Assembly (NCBI RefSeq): GCF_964355755.1
Contig: NC_092672.1
Location: 10,354,001 to 10,418,000 of the forward strand
Source of the DNA: Antedon mediterranea
Taxonomy: Eukaryota > Animalia > Echinodermata
Length of the DNA stretch: 64,000 nt
Reading direction: 5' to 3'
The notes under the pieces are model-generated. The model made no database searches, was not told the DNA's origin, and saw nothing but the letters and a program-made list of their open reading frames with translations. Positions 1-13,308 of the stretch are shown here, piece by piece (the first letter of the stretch is position 1; every line of letters starts with the position of its first letter). Made by a program: the position numbers and the translations under genes.

Positions 1-289
1 GTAGACCTACTATATTCGCATGTACTGGGTTTGGCATTGTTGTCACTACTCTGACTGACTGAACAGTCGATATCCCTATGAATATCTTCAATTATGTTAT
101 CACATCTGTAACAAATCGTCGAAAACGAATCGACTTTACAGAGCTGGACGACGAATTGGACACATGACGTAATGAATAATTTGCATTCTATTTAATCAGA
201 TCATTTTAGAAATGTGTATTAATGTCAACATACAATTTATGCTTATCTTACCTGTGTCTTGTTAAGAAATATATTTATTTTTTGTTTAG

Positions 290-352
290 ATTGACCAACC
301 AAGTTTAGGAATGTCGAGTCGGGAATATTATTTGTCTAGCGAATATGCAGAG
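290..352 (+). CDS. M13 peptidase exon
   Basis: [21 protein letters not shown]; tttag acceptor, gtgagt donor. Confidence 0.9.
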
Positions 353-3300
353 GTGAGTATCAATACAGTGAGAAGTCATACGTCAGTTGAAATGCCTTTG
401 ACAATAATGATGATTACCAAGAAAGCGTCATTGTGCAAGACTGAGGATGATGTTCGTATCATGGAATTCACAAATTTTATATTCAAGATCAAACTTACTT
501 ACGTTTTAAACTTGTGATGTTAAAACTGCAAAATGGTTTTATCAAAGTCTGCTTTTAGTATGTCTTTTGGTATGTTTTTTAATAACAACAATCAGTAAAC
601 ATGTAGAAGCTATTATGTTTTAAACAATAAATGATTATGTTTATCTTTTTACTTACATCCAGACAAAAGAAGCTTATTTGAAATATATGACGGATATAGC
701 ACTTTTGCTTAATGGTAGTCCTATTACTGTGAAAAGCGAAATGGAGGAAGTATTAGAGTTTGAAACCAAATTAGCTAACGTAAGTTCAGATATTTATTAG
801 TTTATTACCGATAGAAATCAATAATGAATTCACTATGATTTATTCATTAATTAACCAAGACACCGTAAAAGCTCACTAAATACCGTTTCAATCAATCAAT
901 TATATTAAATGTTATATTATGGATTTTATAAACAAAACTACTTTAGTGTTAATTATGTCAACAAACGACTAAACAATCCTAGGCCTAGCAAGGCTAAAAC
1001 GCCTGGGCTAGGCCTAGCGTAATCCTAACAGGCCTAGCTTAGTAGTTACTAGTAGAAGTAGTAATGTACTAGCTTGGCTGAAAGGCAAAACTTCGACAGA
1101 AAATTGGAACTTATCTAGGCTAATTATGGTTTTTCCAACAATTCCACGTCTTGTAGGGATGTCCCCATTAATTGATCAAAATCCTAAAACGATCTAAAGC
1201 TAATTTAAATGCCTTTTTGAATGAAATTAGTATATATATATCCAAATCGTACACAAAAATCTGCTGCTGTTGCAATATCTCGCGGTGTGGTATTTACAAC
1301 AAACAGAGGCAGGACGACAGGTGGCGCTGTTGTATTTCACTGTAATTTTTGTACTGTATAGGGGATTTTTTTTCATCCGCGAAACGTTTTTTTTTTCGTA
1401 CACAAAAACGTTTAAAAAAGTACTATTAAACGATCGTTTAATAGTGCGTACTATTGCATGCCATGTGACTCACAATCGTCCAATCAAATGATAGGAATGT
1501 ATTTAGGTGTTATATAATAGACCTTATACAATAATAATAATCAATAGGTAGGCCCTACAAAGCCGGAGTGGCGGGTCATTGATATTTAAATAGAATAAAG
1601 TACTGATCTTAACGAAATGATCATTCCATTCTTTCCTTCAATGTGTTTAGTATATACATTAAACAGAAGCATTTCCTTCAATGTGTATTTCCTTCTATGT
1701 GTTTTGTATACACATTGAAGAGAAGCAAATTAGCAAAATATTCTATCGTATATCTAGTTAACAACGCCTGACGAAGATCTGAGAGACAATGAAGCACTGT
1801 ATAATTTGATGACGTTGGAGGAACTATCTGCGGATGTACCGCTGGTAAGGAAACCATATTATTATTCAAAATAGACTAATAAAACTATGTTTTATATAAT
1901 TTTTCGTTTTATATCACTCTTTGACCAGATTTATCTTGGCCATTCCAGTAACAGTTTGTATTTTTAACCACTTTGTTTCCAATTATAGGCTTACTAATAA
2001 TACTTCTTTGTGTATACGTCATTTTTCTCCATAGATAGACTGGCGCTATTACTTCAATACGGTTACTCCAAAAAGTGTGCAACCAATCACAGATTCGGAA
2101 CCAATTGTTAACCGTAACCCAACATACATGAAAGAAATTTCTCAGTTGGTTGTGGTCGACACGCACCCAAGGTTTGTTCAAAATCGATTGAGGGCGTACT
2201 GTATGTCTATGTTCCTTAAAGATGTATTGCCCCCTGAAAAAAAAAATTTTTTAGCCATTTTAATGTCATATAATAATTATCCACTCTGATTAAAACTGTA
2301 TTTTAAAGGAAATTTTAAGTCAAATTGGCTGCCAGCCAATGGATTTTTAGTTTAATTTAATCATTTATTTTGTCATTTTATAAATGAAAACATTATTTTG
2401 TCCGTTTTTTCTACGGAAGTGATTAACTTTATTATTTATCATGTTATATATTAATATTAAAATCTTAAATCCACGCCTGTAGCCAAGATTTAGGTAGTAC
2501 ATGGCATAGATTTATGGCATACAAAATGAGTTAAAGTTAACTAAACTAATGTAGCAACAATACTACGCAACAATATTGGTTAATATAATCCTATTGACAC
2601 AATTAATATAGGCCTAAAACAACGACTATCAGCTAAATTCATTCGTACTTTTATTTACAAATCTCTGGCTTGTTTTACATAGTGTTCACAGAGCTCAGCC
2701 GTATTCGTAACCAACCCAGTTTTCTCTCAATTTATGCCCGTCGTTTATGTATTAATTACGTCATTCATTAATATTATTCAAGCATGACGGATTGTAACAC
2801 GCCATCACAGAACCAAGATTAAATTATATTTATCATTTTTTTGTGAATGTAGTGTTGTTGTTAATTATTTGATGTGGAGAATTATTATGAATCGAGTTAG
2901 TAATCTGGGAGAACGATTCCGCCATGTTAGGCAACAGTATTATAAGGTACGTTTATCATTGATTGTTTTAAACAAATTTTAAAAAAACGTGTAGGCTTAT
3001 TATTAGAGGCCATAAATAGATATAGTTAAATAATTAGACATACTGTGATTTCTTAATAAGTATAACCAATGTTCTTAATATTAAATGATAAGCTGTAGCT
3101 TGATTGGTTAACAACTTTGCCTTCCAAGGGTCAAGGTTCAATCATACCAATGTTGTAACTCAGGAATCTTTCTACTCAACCCACAGGTTTTATATGGTGC
3201 AAGTGCAGAGGGCGCTCGATTCAGAACATGTTCAGACTACATTAATGGAATTTTAGACTTTGCTGTCGGCAGGATGTATGTTGATAAAACCTTTACAGGG

Positions 3301-6300
3301 GACAGTAAAGAAAATGTAAGCGCGAACCATTGCTCATTCATTTCTTCTTTCATGTATTCATCAACACATTCACTCAATATTTCATTCATCCAAAGCCTAC
3401 CTTTATTTTGTTGTTAGTTTAATGAATTTATTTCGACAAACTGATCAAATAGAAAAAAAATTAAGGCAAATTAAATCTAAACATAATACTGAAAAGTGGC
3501 AGGAAAAATGTGAATAATAAATTAACACAACAATGTATTACCCTTTCCTGCAAAAAGGAAATACTTGTAACACCTGCTCATTTGCATAAATGGTGGCGGT
3601 TGGCGCTTCGTAAGCAATCATCAGTTATAACGTTTTCGTGTACGTAGAACTAACTGGAAATGAGAATCATTCTCACTTATGTGATGATATGCACTTTTTA
3701 GCATTTCTTTAATATAGCTTGTATGTTTATCTATTCATTTTAATTAATATAACATTTGATTTAATATTCCGTAGATGGTAGACATGATAGGTCGATTGCG
3801 TAAATCGTTTATAGATATGTTAAAGGACAATGAATGGATGGACGAACCTACAAAACTAGTTGCAGCCGAAAAGGTAATTCGTTGTAAAGACAACGTTTTT
3901 TTATATATTGTATTTTCAAAAAATATTCATTATTTAATAATGAATATTTCATTTTACAAGTTAAATGGAAAAATTGTTTCCATGAGTTTAACGATGCGGA
4001 ACCAAGTTAAATAAACTCGGTTTACTAATTTGCAAATTATTTTGTTTGCAGTATATACAATATGATGTTTCCACTGTTCTAAATCACTTTAGAATTACTT
4101 CTCTTTTCTGGTTGAATGTTCTCATTAATAAAAACAAAAATCATTTACCAAGATAGTTGATTTTATATTTTACAGTGCAACGCTATGTACGACCAAGTTG
4201 GCTACCCTGATTGGATAAAAGACGATGCACTTCTTGATAAAGAATATATTAACGTAGGTAACCTTAGTAACTTCAATCAAGCCAATCATTTATTAGTATT
4301 CATTTGACTTGATTTGCCTCTTCTAAAATGAGCCTATATTTCATTCATTCAAATTTTTCTCGGCAATTTATTGTATGCCCTTACACAAATAGCAAGTAAA
4401 GCTTGGTTCCTACAACGCAAGGCAAATGGGAGACACAATACAATACAATACAGTACAATAGTTTTCCAATCGCAATCAGACAGTTCGGAGTGTCCATCAC
4501 TGTGATTGGTCAAATCACAGTGATCACTGCGCCTAAGTCCTTACGTCCAAGTGGGACCCAAGATTTAAAAAACCCCAAATTAGATTTACAAGGTAGTAAG
4601 AAAGTATATTGGTAATCATTTACAATTCTTTCTCTAATTTACTTAGATTGACTTTGATGATATGAACTACTTTACAAATGTTTTGTCATACCTAAATTGG
4701 ACTTCCCAAGAAACGTATGGATACCTGCGGAAAGAAGTCGACAAAAATGAGTAAGTAGTTAGCATTGCTATTAACTTCAAATCACTTTAACTTAGTAACT
4801 ACTAACATTTATTTAAATTAATTACAAAATGATTTCAGAAAAATAAAATCTCACTCATGGCAGTGAGTATTAAAATTATTTCGGAATTATAAAAACGAAC
4901 GCTGATCAGTTTAAGTTAAGATTACGTTACACAAAACAATACAAAACAATTAATGATTATTGTGTATGGGTTGAATGGTGAGAATATACAATTTAACAAC
5001 GATTTGGTTCGTAACGATCAAATATCTTTATTCGTTGCTGTTTTCGTTGATGATTTCAAAATCAATACCTTATAGCATATTCATTAATTTTTTTTTTCAT
5101 CAGATGGAGTATAGGCCCTGCGGTGGTTAATGCATTCTACAACTCCCAAAGGAACAAAATCGGTAAATTTTTGTATGATGATGTTGGAAATAAAATATTA
5201 AATATTAAAATATTGTTATTATTGTGTTGTTCTATTAATATTGTTTTTTTCATTATTATTATTATTGTTTGTTTGTTATTGTAGTTTTTCCAGCTGGTAT
5301 TCTCCAACCACCATTTTATAACAACAAATCGCCATGGTATGTAACATGTTGGGTTTTTTTATCTAACCCTATTTATCACTTTATAAAATTGCTCTTTTCT
5401 GTTGTCAGATATTTGCTCGAGCATTATATTCTCATAATTTATATAATATTTATTTCGATTTCTTACAAGTTCTCTATATTACACAAAGTTGGATAGGTAT
5501 TTTTAGTTGTGAAGCTACGAAATATTACAATAAAATAATCTTTATTTGAATTTTGAATATTCATTATTTTTATACAATTCAAGGTATCTGAACTACGGTG
5601 GTATTGGTGCAGTTATTGGTCATGAAATTACTCATGGATTTGACGACAGAGGTAAGAATTTATTTCTCGTAATTAAAAATTAAGAAATGTCTACAAATGT
5701 GCTAAATTATTATTATTATTACTAGATGGTACGCTCGCTTCGCTCGCGTACCATCTAGGTCGTGCCCACAGATGGTTCTCGAATACACAGTAATTTCAGC
5801 GTAACAAAACTGGCGATTTCAAATGTACGTACCGCAGGACTATAGGCCTATACATTGTCGTTTACAGAAACGAATAAATAGACACGATGATTTATGTAGT
5901 CAACTAAAATTAGCACCCTGGGAATTACTTCCGAAGGAGAAACTTATCACAAAATGAGTCCAAGTTTTTGATTTGGACTCATTTAAAGAAACCCAATTTG
6001 TGTTTTGTATGTAACATTAGGGTTGAGGGATGGGAAAGCGGATAGGTACAAAGAGGAACAATTTTTAAATATATTCTTTATCCACTCAGTAACGAAATAT
6101 TTTTTTCATGTTTTATAGGCCTATAAATAATATACCTCTAAATACAGTAAAACATTTGCGATTTAATACTTTTTTTATTTTATTTATTTATTTATTTCTT
6201 TTAAATATTCATTGTACACTAATTTTCCCCGTGTATGGCAAGAGATTCCTAATTATATTAAAGAACATTCTTTATTTAGTTTAGTTAAAACTGTCCCTGT

Positions 6301-9257
6301 CATAATCGATTGAAATATTAAAGTACCATGTCACGATACACCACTACGACGTTTATATTTGGTAATTATTAATTAATACAAACGTTGAGAAAGAACTGTC
6401 AGTATAAAGTTTATTTGTATATAATAATGTGTTTATATATCTAACAGTAGAGCCTATCCACAATCTCGCAAGTTTATTCTCAAAGGGCCCATATATTTAC
6501 CTACCGTATGTGTTAAACCAAGGGCTCATAAATTTACCTACAGTACTTGTGTTAAACCAAACTCTGGCAGACTGAGAGATTGGGATGACTGTTCCATTCA
6601 TCGCAAATCAATAGATTTGTATAATCGTATATTAAATCTATCAAAATAGTATTTTTTAAAGAAAATCGGCCTGTCTTCAACATTATGATGGTGTACTCTA
6701 GCTGTTCAACCGGTTTTCAGCTATTAAAAACAATTATCGTAGGAGGAGATAGGAAAATGCGAAGCCTCCTCGCATTTTTGTGGCGGGTATTTTTCAAGAT
6801 GGACATCCATTATACAGTGTATACCACGGTCGGAAAACACCCCTATTTGGGGCAAATCTTGGAACCTAAATTCGTTTTAACCGTCAATAACTTATTATCT
6901 AACTTAATTTAATTAGTAAACAGGGTTACATCAGGTGGTTAAAATCAGTACCGAAAGTACGAACCAACTTTATATACCATCGAGTAAAAATTATAGAAGT
7001 AAGGCGCGATTTACCGAATTTTGCCCTTACGTAAATTTATATATAGATTACATTTTACAGAATATACTAAAATAATGTTGGCATATGTTTGATCCAAGGT
7101 AAAAGCATTGCTTTGGATTTGTTCTGTTGTGAAAAGAAAACGATTCAATTCAATTCAATTTAACATCAACATTTTATTTCTTCCACAATAAAATAACAAC
7201 AAATATCCAATAAAAATTATAAAATGAAGGAAGAGGGCAAAACTAAAAAAGTAACACCAGAAAAACAGAAATTCGATTAATCAAAAGACCTTGTGGCGAG
7301 CAAGCCCTAAATGAATGATATAAATAAAAATTACAAATTCATTAACGTACACAAACACACAGACAGGACAGGGAAAGAAAAAATCCCCCAAAAAAGGAAC
7401 AAACGATCATGTGATATAAAAGCTGAGGATGGTATAAAAACATTTTATAAATCATATTTTGACAAAATAAATTGTTTGGCTTTACGAGCTAAAGGTTCAA
7501 CCTGAACAAATTACTGTATATACTTGCTAAAATACTGACCGTAGACCCACATTTCTGGCATAATTCTCAATAATAATAATAAAACAATTACCGTACTGTA
7601 ACGCACAAGAAGGCTCTCAATGCACTGTAGTTATATTGTACATCAGAAACATGTAAAACGTCGAGTACAGTAATAGTGATACCAATTAAAAACTCACTTG
7701 TCTTTAAATATTTCTTCTGTAGGTCGCCAATATGATAAAGAAGGTAACCTGGTGCAGTGGTGGACAGATAATTCCATTGAAAAGTTTACAGAAAAAAAGC
7801 AATGCATAGTTGATCAATATGATAATTACGTCATGCCAGAAAACGACATGAATGTAGGTAACAATATTTTATTAGGACAAGTTAATAAGGAAAATCATTA
7901 TTCGCTCATTAGGTTTAAACAATGCAGATACAGTGGCTTCTAAATATATTAGTACAATTAATTTTGTTTGCTTATTTTTAGTTAAATGGTATACAGACCC
8001 AAGGAGAAAATATCGCAGACAATGGCGGATTAGTTGAATCATACAAGGTAAGTTATAAAATGCCTTTTACCTCCAATGATAACGTTTGTCAAAAGTGAGA
8101 CGATGGAGTGTGTCTACCTTCTGTCGATGTTACGGGCAAACAGCCTACATATGGTGTTTTAATGGAACGTTCATAACTCGCCACCAGCTCTCTCCACAAT
8201 CAGTATAGTGTACTTAGGCCTACTTACTTGGATACCTGGTAACTGACCATTCATCCCTTAGGATGTAGAGTCTTTATCTTTTCTTTAGTTCACAATAGGT
8301 ACTGAGATGATACTCTTAATATCAAGCAAATTTCAAATCCACGTTGTAAATACAAATATATAAAGAAAGGCCCAATAAGACTTTATATATTTTGTTTCTT
8401 CAGGCTTACAGAAGTTTTGTTGATAGTCGAGAAAAAGCAGAACCTCTACTACCTGGTCTCAACTATACACAGGATCAACTATTCTTTATTAACTATGCAC
8501 AAGTAAGTTCGAATAAATCTTATCTTGGAATTAGTGAAAACCCCAAAAGCAGAAATAGCACCGAAGACTCATTTCATTCCTACTTCCTACAATATTCAAC
8601 ATCTGCAATACAATTTTAAAATAAAATCTGATGTAAAATAATAAAGAGAACAAAGAGATAATATGAAAAAGTGTATTTTTTTTTTTTTTTTTTTTTGTAG
8701 TTTTTTTCATTTATAGTATTTTTTATACCGCCCTGTTCCTTTTATTTTGCATGTGTTTTAATACGTATCTATTTGTGGTTTTTTATGTGTATTTGTATTT
8801 AATTATTTGTTTATTTGTATTTTATATGCATTAAACAGCGTCCAATTACAGAATTTATTTTTTTTTTATTTGTTTTGTTATATTTTTTATATAAATGTGT
8901 ACCTTCTTCTTTTTAGGTATGGTGTAGTGCTTTCCGACCGGAAGGTGCTACTGCTCAAATTCTTACTGGACCTCATAGTCCTGGGCGATTCAGGTATGTT
9001 TAAACTATTCCAAGTTTTACCTCAGCCGTTTACTTTTGTGTTGTATAAACGTTCGAAGTATACACATTTCTAAAACAAAGCAAATCATCATTAAGTAACA
9101 GACAATTGAAATACTACAATGTTGCTATTTCATACATTTATGTACATTTATTTTTATATTTAGAGCAATTGGTGCAACTCGCAACAGTGAAGGTTTTGCC
9201 AAAGCGTTCAACTGTCCAAAGCCCACTGGTTCTGAAAAGCGGTGTAAAGTTTGGTAA
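290..9257 (+). CDS. M13 family (neprilysin / endothelin-converting enzyme-like) zinc metallopeptidase, 5'-partial; 17 coding exons in window
   Basis: Spliced by hand: 290-352,663-779,1758-1844,2035-2171,2853-2946,3187-3315,3775-3873,4176-4253,4647-4750,5104-5162,5285-5336,5584-5651,7723-7853,7982-8047,8404-8502,8917-8993,9164-9257. All introns GT-AG with compatible phases; 1554 nt = 517 aa + stop. Motifs [41 protein letters not shown]-terminal CKVW*. N-terminus lies upstream of the window. Confidence 0.95.
663..779 (+). CDS. M13 peptidase exon
   Basis: [39 protein letters not shown]; ccag / gtaagt. Confidence 0.9.
1758..1844 (+). CDS. M13 peptidase exon
   Basis: [29 protein letters not shown]; ctag / gtaagg. 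Confidence 0.88.
2035..2171 (+). CDS. M13 peptidase exon
   Basis: [45 protein letters not shown]; atag / gtttgt. Confidence 0.85.
2853..2946 (+). CDS. M13 peptidase exon
   Basis: [31 protein letters not shown]; gtag / gtacgt. Confidence 0.9.
3187..3315 (+). CDS. M13 peptidase exon
   Basis: [43 protein letters not shown]; acag / gtaagc. Confidence 0.92.
3775..3873 (+). CDS. M13 peptidase exon
   Basis: [33 protein letters not shown]; gtag / gtaatt. Confidence 0.92.
4176..4253 (+). CDS. M13 peptidase exon
   Basis: [26 protein letters not shown]; acag / gtaggt. Confidence 0.92.
4647..4750 (+). CDS. M13 peptidase exon
   Basis: [34 protein letters not shown]; ttag / gtaagt. Confidence 0.9.
5104..5162 (+). 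CDS. M13 peptidase exon (VNAFY substrate-binding motif)
   Basis: [19 protein letters not shown]; tcag / gtaaat. Confidence 0.93.
5285..5336 (+). CDS. M13 peptidase exon
   Basis: [16 protein letters not shown]; gtag / gtatgt. Confidence 0.93.
5584..5651 (+). CDS. M13 peptidase exon (HExxH zinc-binding motif)
   Basis: [22 protein letters not shown]; caag / gtaaga. Confidence 0.95.
5722..7047 (-). mobile_element. Non-autonomous Helitron in the largest intron of the M13 gene within this window
   Basis: On -: begins A|TCTATATATAAAT at 7047 and ends ...CTAG|T at 5722 (A/T target, no TSD). A 3' hairpin CTAGATGGTACGC...GCGTACCATCTAG (5722-5758) has a 13-bp stem. No Rep/Hel ORF. Internal ~38-bp tandem duplication at ~6481-6560. 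Confidence 0.75.
7723..7853 (+). CDS. M13 peptidase exon
   Basis: [43 protein letters not shown]; gtag / gtaggt. Confidence 0.93.
7982..8047 (+). CDS. M13 peptidase exon (ENIAD, third zinc ligand)
   Basis: [22 protein letters not shown]; ttag / gtaagt. Confidence 0.95.
8404..8502 (+). CDS. M13 peptidase exon
   Basis: [33 protein letters not shown]; tcag / gtaagt. Confidence 0.93.
8917..8993 (+). CDS. M13 peptidase exon (HSP catalytic His)
   Basis: [25 protein letters not shown]; ttag / gtatgt. Confidence 0.93.
9164..9257 (+). CDS. M13 peptidase terminal exon
   Basis: [30 protein letters not shown]; TAA at 9255-9257. Confidence 0.92.
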
Positions 9258-9321
9258 AGTACATGGCATACCTAAACAAATGAAATTGTTTTAGGAAGCC
9301 ATGTAAAAAACAACAAATATC

Positions 9322-9327
9322 AATAAA
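9322..9327 (+). terminator. Candidate polyadenylation signal of the M13 gene
   Basis: First AATAAA after the stop codon (64 nt downstream); the AT-rich background limits specificity. Confidence 0.4.
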
Positions 9328-10557
9328 CATGACTTGATTTCAAATTTAAATCATTTTGTCACAAGTTTTAAAAGAAATGTGTAAATAGCAATGTCTGTGA
9401 ATTATTCAGTTTGGTACTGTTTAATTTAGTCTTGAGGATATGATGTATCAATAGGATTGGACAAAATTGCAGTAACAGTATACCCCTATAATGGACATAT
9501 TTCACCATAATTGGTAGTAGCAGTCTGGCCAGCTTGATTCTAGTGTGACTATTGTTATAAACTTTTTTCAGCAATTTGCCTATTGATTTATAGATATCAA
9601 TCACTATAAAGTAGTTATAACCATCGTGTTATAATCAGAATATGCAGAAAATGGCACTGTTTCCACAATGTGACGCAAACAATCACATTGCAATCAAATC
9701 AATTAGCAATAACAGTGATATTTGAAATGTATTAAACGAATAAGTACAGTACCTACAATTTCAATACAACTTTACAAAGGTTGGAAGATTTTTTAACCAA
9801 TCGAACCAAACTAAAACTATTAGTAGGCCTATCATAAAATTGATTGTGTTTAGGGCATAAAAACTGCAACATTTAATATTATTAAATAATGTTGGTGCTA
9901 AACGTTTAAATGGTAGGCCTACCTTAGGTATTTAATTTGCTATTTTACAGAAATATTAATATTATTTTTCAAACTACATTCTGAATCATAATAGCATACC
10001 TGATTTTCAATGTTCAGAGAGAAAGTTGTTACCAGGCCTATGATAATGGATAGAGATAGATTCGTCTTTTTTGCTTGGGTTTCATCGTCGTGCTTCAAGT
10101 TGAACTTTGACCGGATGTGATTTCATTTCGTACTACGGTACTCTACAACTGTTACAGTGACGTGCTTGGTCATACAAACAAGACTGATTGAAAACGACAC
10201 TAAAATAGACTAATTTAAAACTTTGTATGGATGATTTTTCTGCAACAGTTAAATTCCAACTAGTTGTAGCATTGAAAAACGTTTTAAAAGTAGCATTAGA
10301 AAATGTGTAACCATAATGTATATATTTATAAATGAAATGTTTGTAAAATTTTAAACAAAACACTATGATAATAGGCTTATCTGCATGAATTACTTTTTAA
10401 CAATTACTATACCAATATTAATGTTTTCTTGATATTTACGTATATAAATTAAATATTGATGTAAGGAAAGTGTTTTAAATAATGATTTCATATAATACAG
10501 AATATCTCCGACAAACAACATTTTGGCAATGTCACTGTGTTAAAAGATAACTTGTTG

Positions 10558-10655
10558 TGTGTTGGTACAGCGCGCGCACGGAAATATCCACGATTTTAGA
10601 TTTTAGTGTGTTGGTACAGCGCGCGCACGGAAATATCCACGATTTTAGATTTTAG
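10558..10655. repeat. Perfect 49-bp tandem duplication
   Basis: tgtgttggtacagcgcgcgcacggaaatatccacgattttagattttag x2. Confidence 0.9.
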
Positions 10656-13133
10656 AATTGGCATGTTTCCTTATTAGATGTACGAGTACACTATATTGCT
10701 ATATAGACCTAGTATCAACTGTGTATGTATTTTTACCATTCTTTAAATTAACTTTTAAACTTTTCTACATAGCAATGCTGTTTCCGGTTGATAATAGAAT
10801 GTTAGAACTACTACAATCTATAATATGCACTTTTTAGTTACAAATTTTGGGCAAAACTTATTCCGTTATTCCATACGCCAAAAAGTCTTCTCAATCGATT
10901 GAGGGCGCGCCTTTATTGCTGATGACTTTATTATGGCGTTTGTGGAATTAATTTGATCTGTAGTTATTTGAAGGTAAGTGTTTTAATTTCATAGTTGTAT
11001 TCTTTTTTTATACCAAACTTTATAATAGAAATGCCGGGTACTCCAGTTTGGTAAAGGTGATCATTTTAGGTTAGAGAGATAGACAGCATATTTACAGGTT
11101 TTATTTAGTTGCGGCAATGCTAATCGTAAGACCGTATAAGCTACTTGTGAACGAGGTTTGCCTGAGAAGTAGAGATAGAGTATATATTACATACTGTATG
11201 TTGTATCTTTAAAATTTTCAATTTACCAGGGATAGTGTTACAATCTTCTATTCGTTGTTTTTTCATGGACGATTCGATTGAACTTATTTATTTCATTAGA
11301 AATCCAGAAGTAGATCCTATTAGTAAAATACCATGTACACGTCCTTTGTAGATTGTTGTTTTACAGGTGATATTGGAATGTGTTTTTCTATTGAATTTGA
11401 ACAATAGTGTACACTAGACAAATTATAAGACATTTCTCTGGCTATCCATAGATTGTATGTTTAGTACGGACTCTATAAATTATTATAAAAGATTTTAAAA
11501 AATTTATTTGTTAAGATTGATAATCTTAATATCCACAAAAATATAGACAACGCAAAAAGTAACTCCTTGAGAAAACTTTATTTCCTAATAATATTATCTT
11601 ACATTATTTGATCAAGATAGTGTCAGTCATAAAACCATTGTATCAGTCAATAAGCACTGTAGACGCTATGATATTAATACAAGTAAGACCTATAGTTATG
11701 TTAACTTACATTATGATTACTTTTTTTCTAAAATTTGTTTCGTCATCATTTACATTTCCGTTGCTTATAAATTTCTAATACATTTATGATAATGTATAAT
11801 ATACATAAATTATGTTTTGTTTTTTAATGTCAAATTTAAAATAATGAAATCTAACCTACATACAATATTTATTATTTACATTTACTACGGAAGCACTATA
11901 TTACAATTATTTGTTTTAAGCCTCTCTGAATGTGTAGGCCTACATACACAGTGATGCTATAAATGCGGATGTTAATGCTATAACTGTTGTGGATGATTAG
12001 GCCTACAATGATGAAAACCTCTAATAACGAACCAATGGTACAATATATCACTATATATTACACAGAATGTAGAATGTTAAAAATACAAATAAGGAAGTAG
12101 AGTAAACAAGATATTTCTCAATGATATTTTTTTGTAAAAATTATGACCATATTTTATAAAAAGATTAGTGTTGAAACGATATTTGAATGGAAAAATGTTG
12201 TATATACATAATTTGTACAAACCTCTGTGCAAATCTTTCATACGAAATCAAATGCAAACTACTCTTTGTATGAGATTGACGCTCACAAATACATACGGTT
12301 GAGAAATAGACCTAATTATAGTACAAAAAATAAATTACAAAATAAATACAATAGTTATAAATATTTTTAATAATAACTGAAAATTATACAGTGATAAACT
12401 CACAATAGTAAAGAACTATACATATCTCTCTCATATTTGAAATAAATGTAATGTTAAAACGTGTATATATAATTATGTCATCAGTATATCATGCGTTTAA
12501 ATTAAAATACTGTAAAAATATTAGTTTATCGAATAATTATAAAGTAGTAGAAAATCGATTAGATAAAACGATATTATCAAGTTTACATAAATCTTACATA
12601 AATATTTAACTGTTTTTATTTTAGAAATTGTTTTTAAATTAAGTTAAGCATACAGGCAAGAAATCTCAACAGTTGGCCACCGCGGTCAACATCTTTCCAA
12701 TTACAATCTACACATGAGTTGAGAGTAGACTCTCACACATCATCTTGAATATAAGAATATCAGACTATTTTGAAATGCGATAGACATACACTTCACATAT
12801 TCTACTTCAGTTATGTCATTGTTTCAACAACTAACCACCCCTCAAAATAAAAGTGGAACCATCCAGGCGTACAATTGTAGTTGTAGTCAAATCAAAGAGT
12901 TAAATCTTCGAAACCGTGTCAAAACCTTCATTTATATAATTATATACAGTCGAATTACTTTAATCATTTCTTGTTGTTTACTTTCTAACTAGATCAAAGG
13001 TGACAATAATTAAAACTATTCCAAAAAGAGATCAGATCGTTGATAGTAGGCCTAAGAATGTTTTGGACATCTTTGTTTATTTGGTTCTCTCTAAAGAAAA
13101 TCTCTATTAAATTTTAGCAAAGTCTTTATTTCA

Positions 13134-13308
13134 TCACTTGCATTTGTGAATTTCTATTGTCTTTGTGCACTGTTTGCATTCAACGTAACAACACCAATGA
13201 AATTTACAACTGCAGCGTTCTGTGATGGTTTCTTGGTATGTATCAAAGCCCCTTCCACAACACATGAGATCACAGCCATCCATTGCTTTTGATGTCCTAT
13301 TGCATTCT
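13134..13308 (-). CDS. wnt4: Wnt4 exon 5 (terminal)
   Basis: [57 protein letters not shown], followed by a second TGA. Confidence 0.95.
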
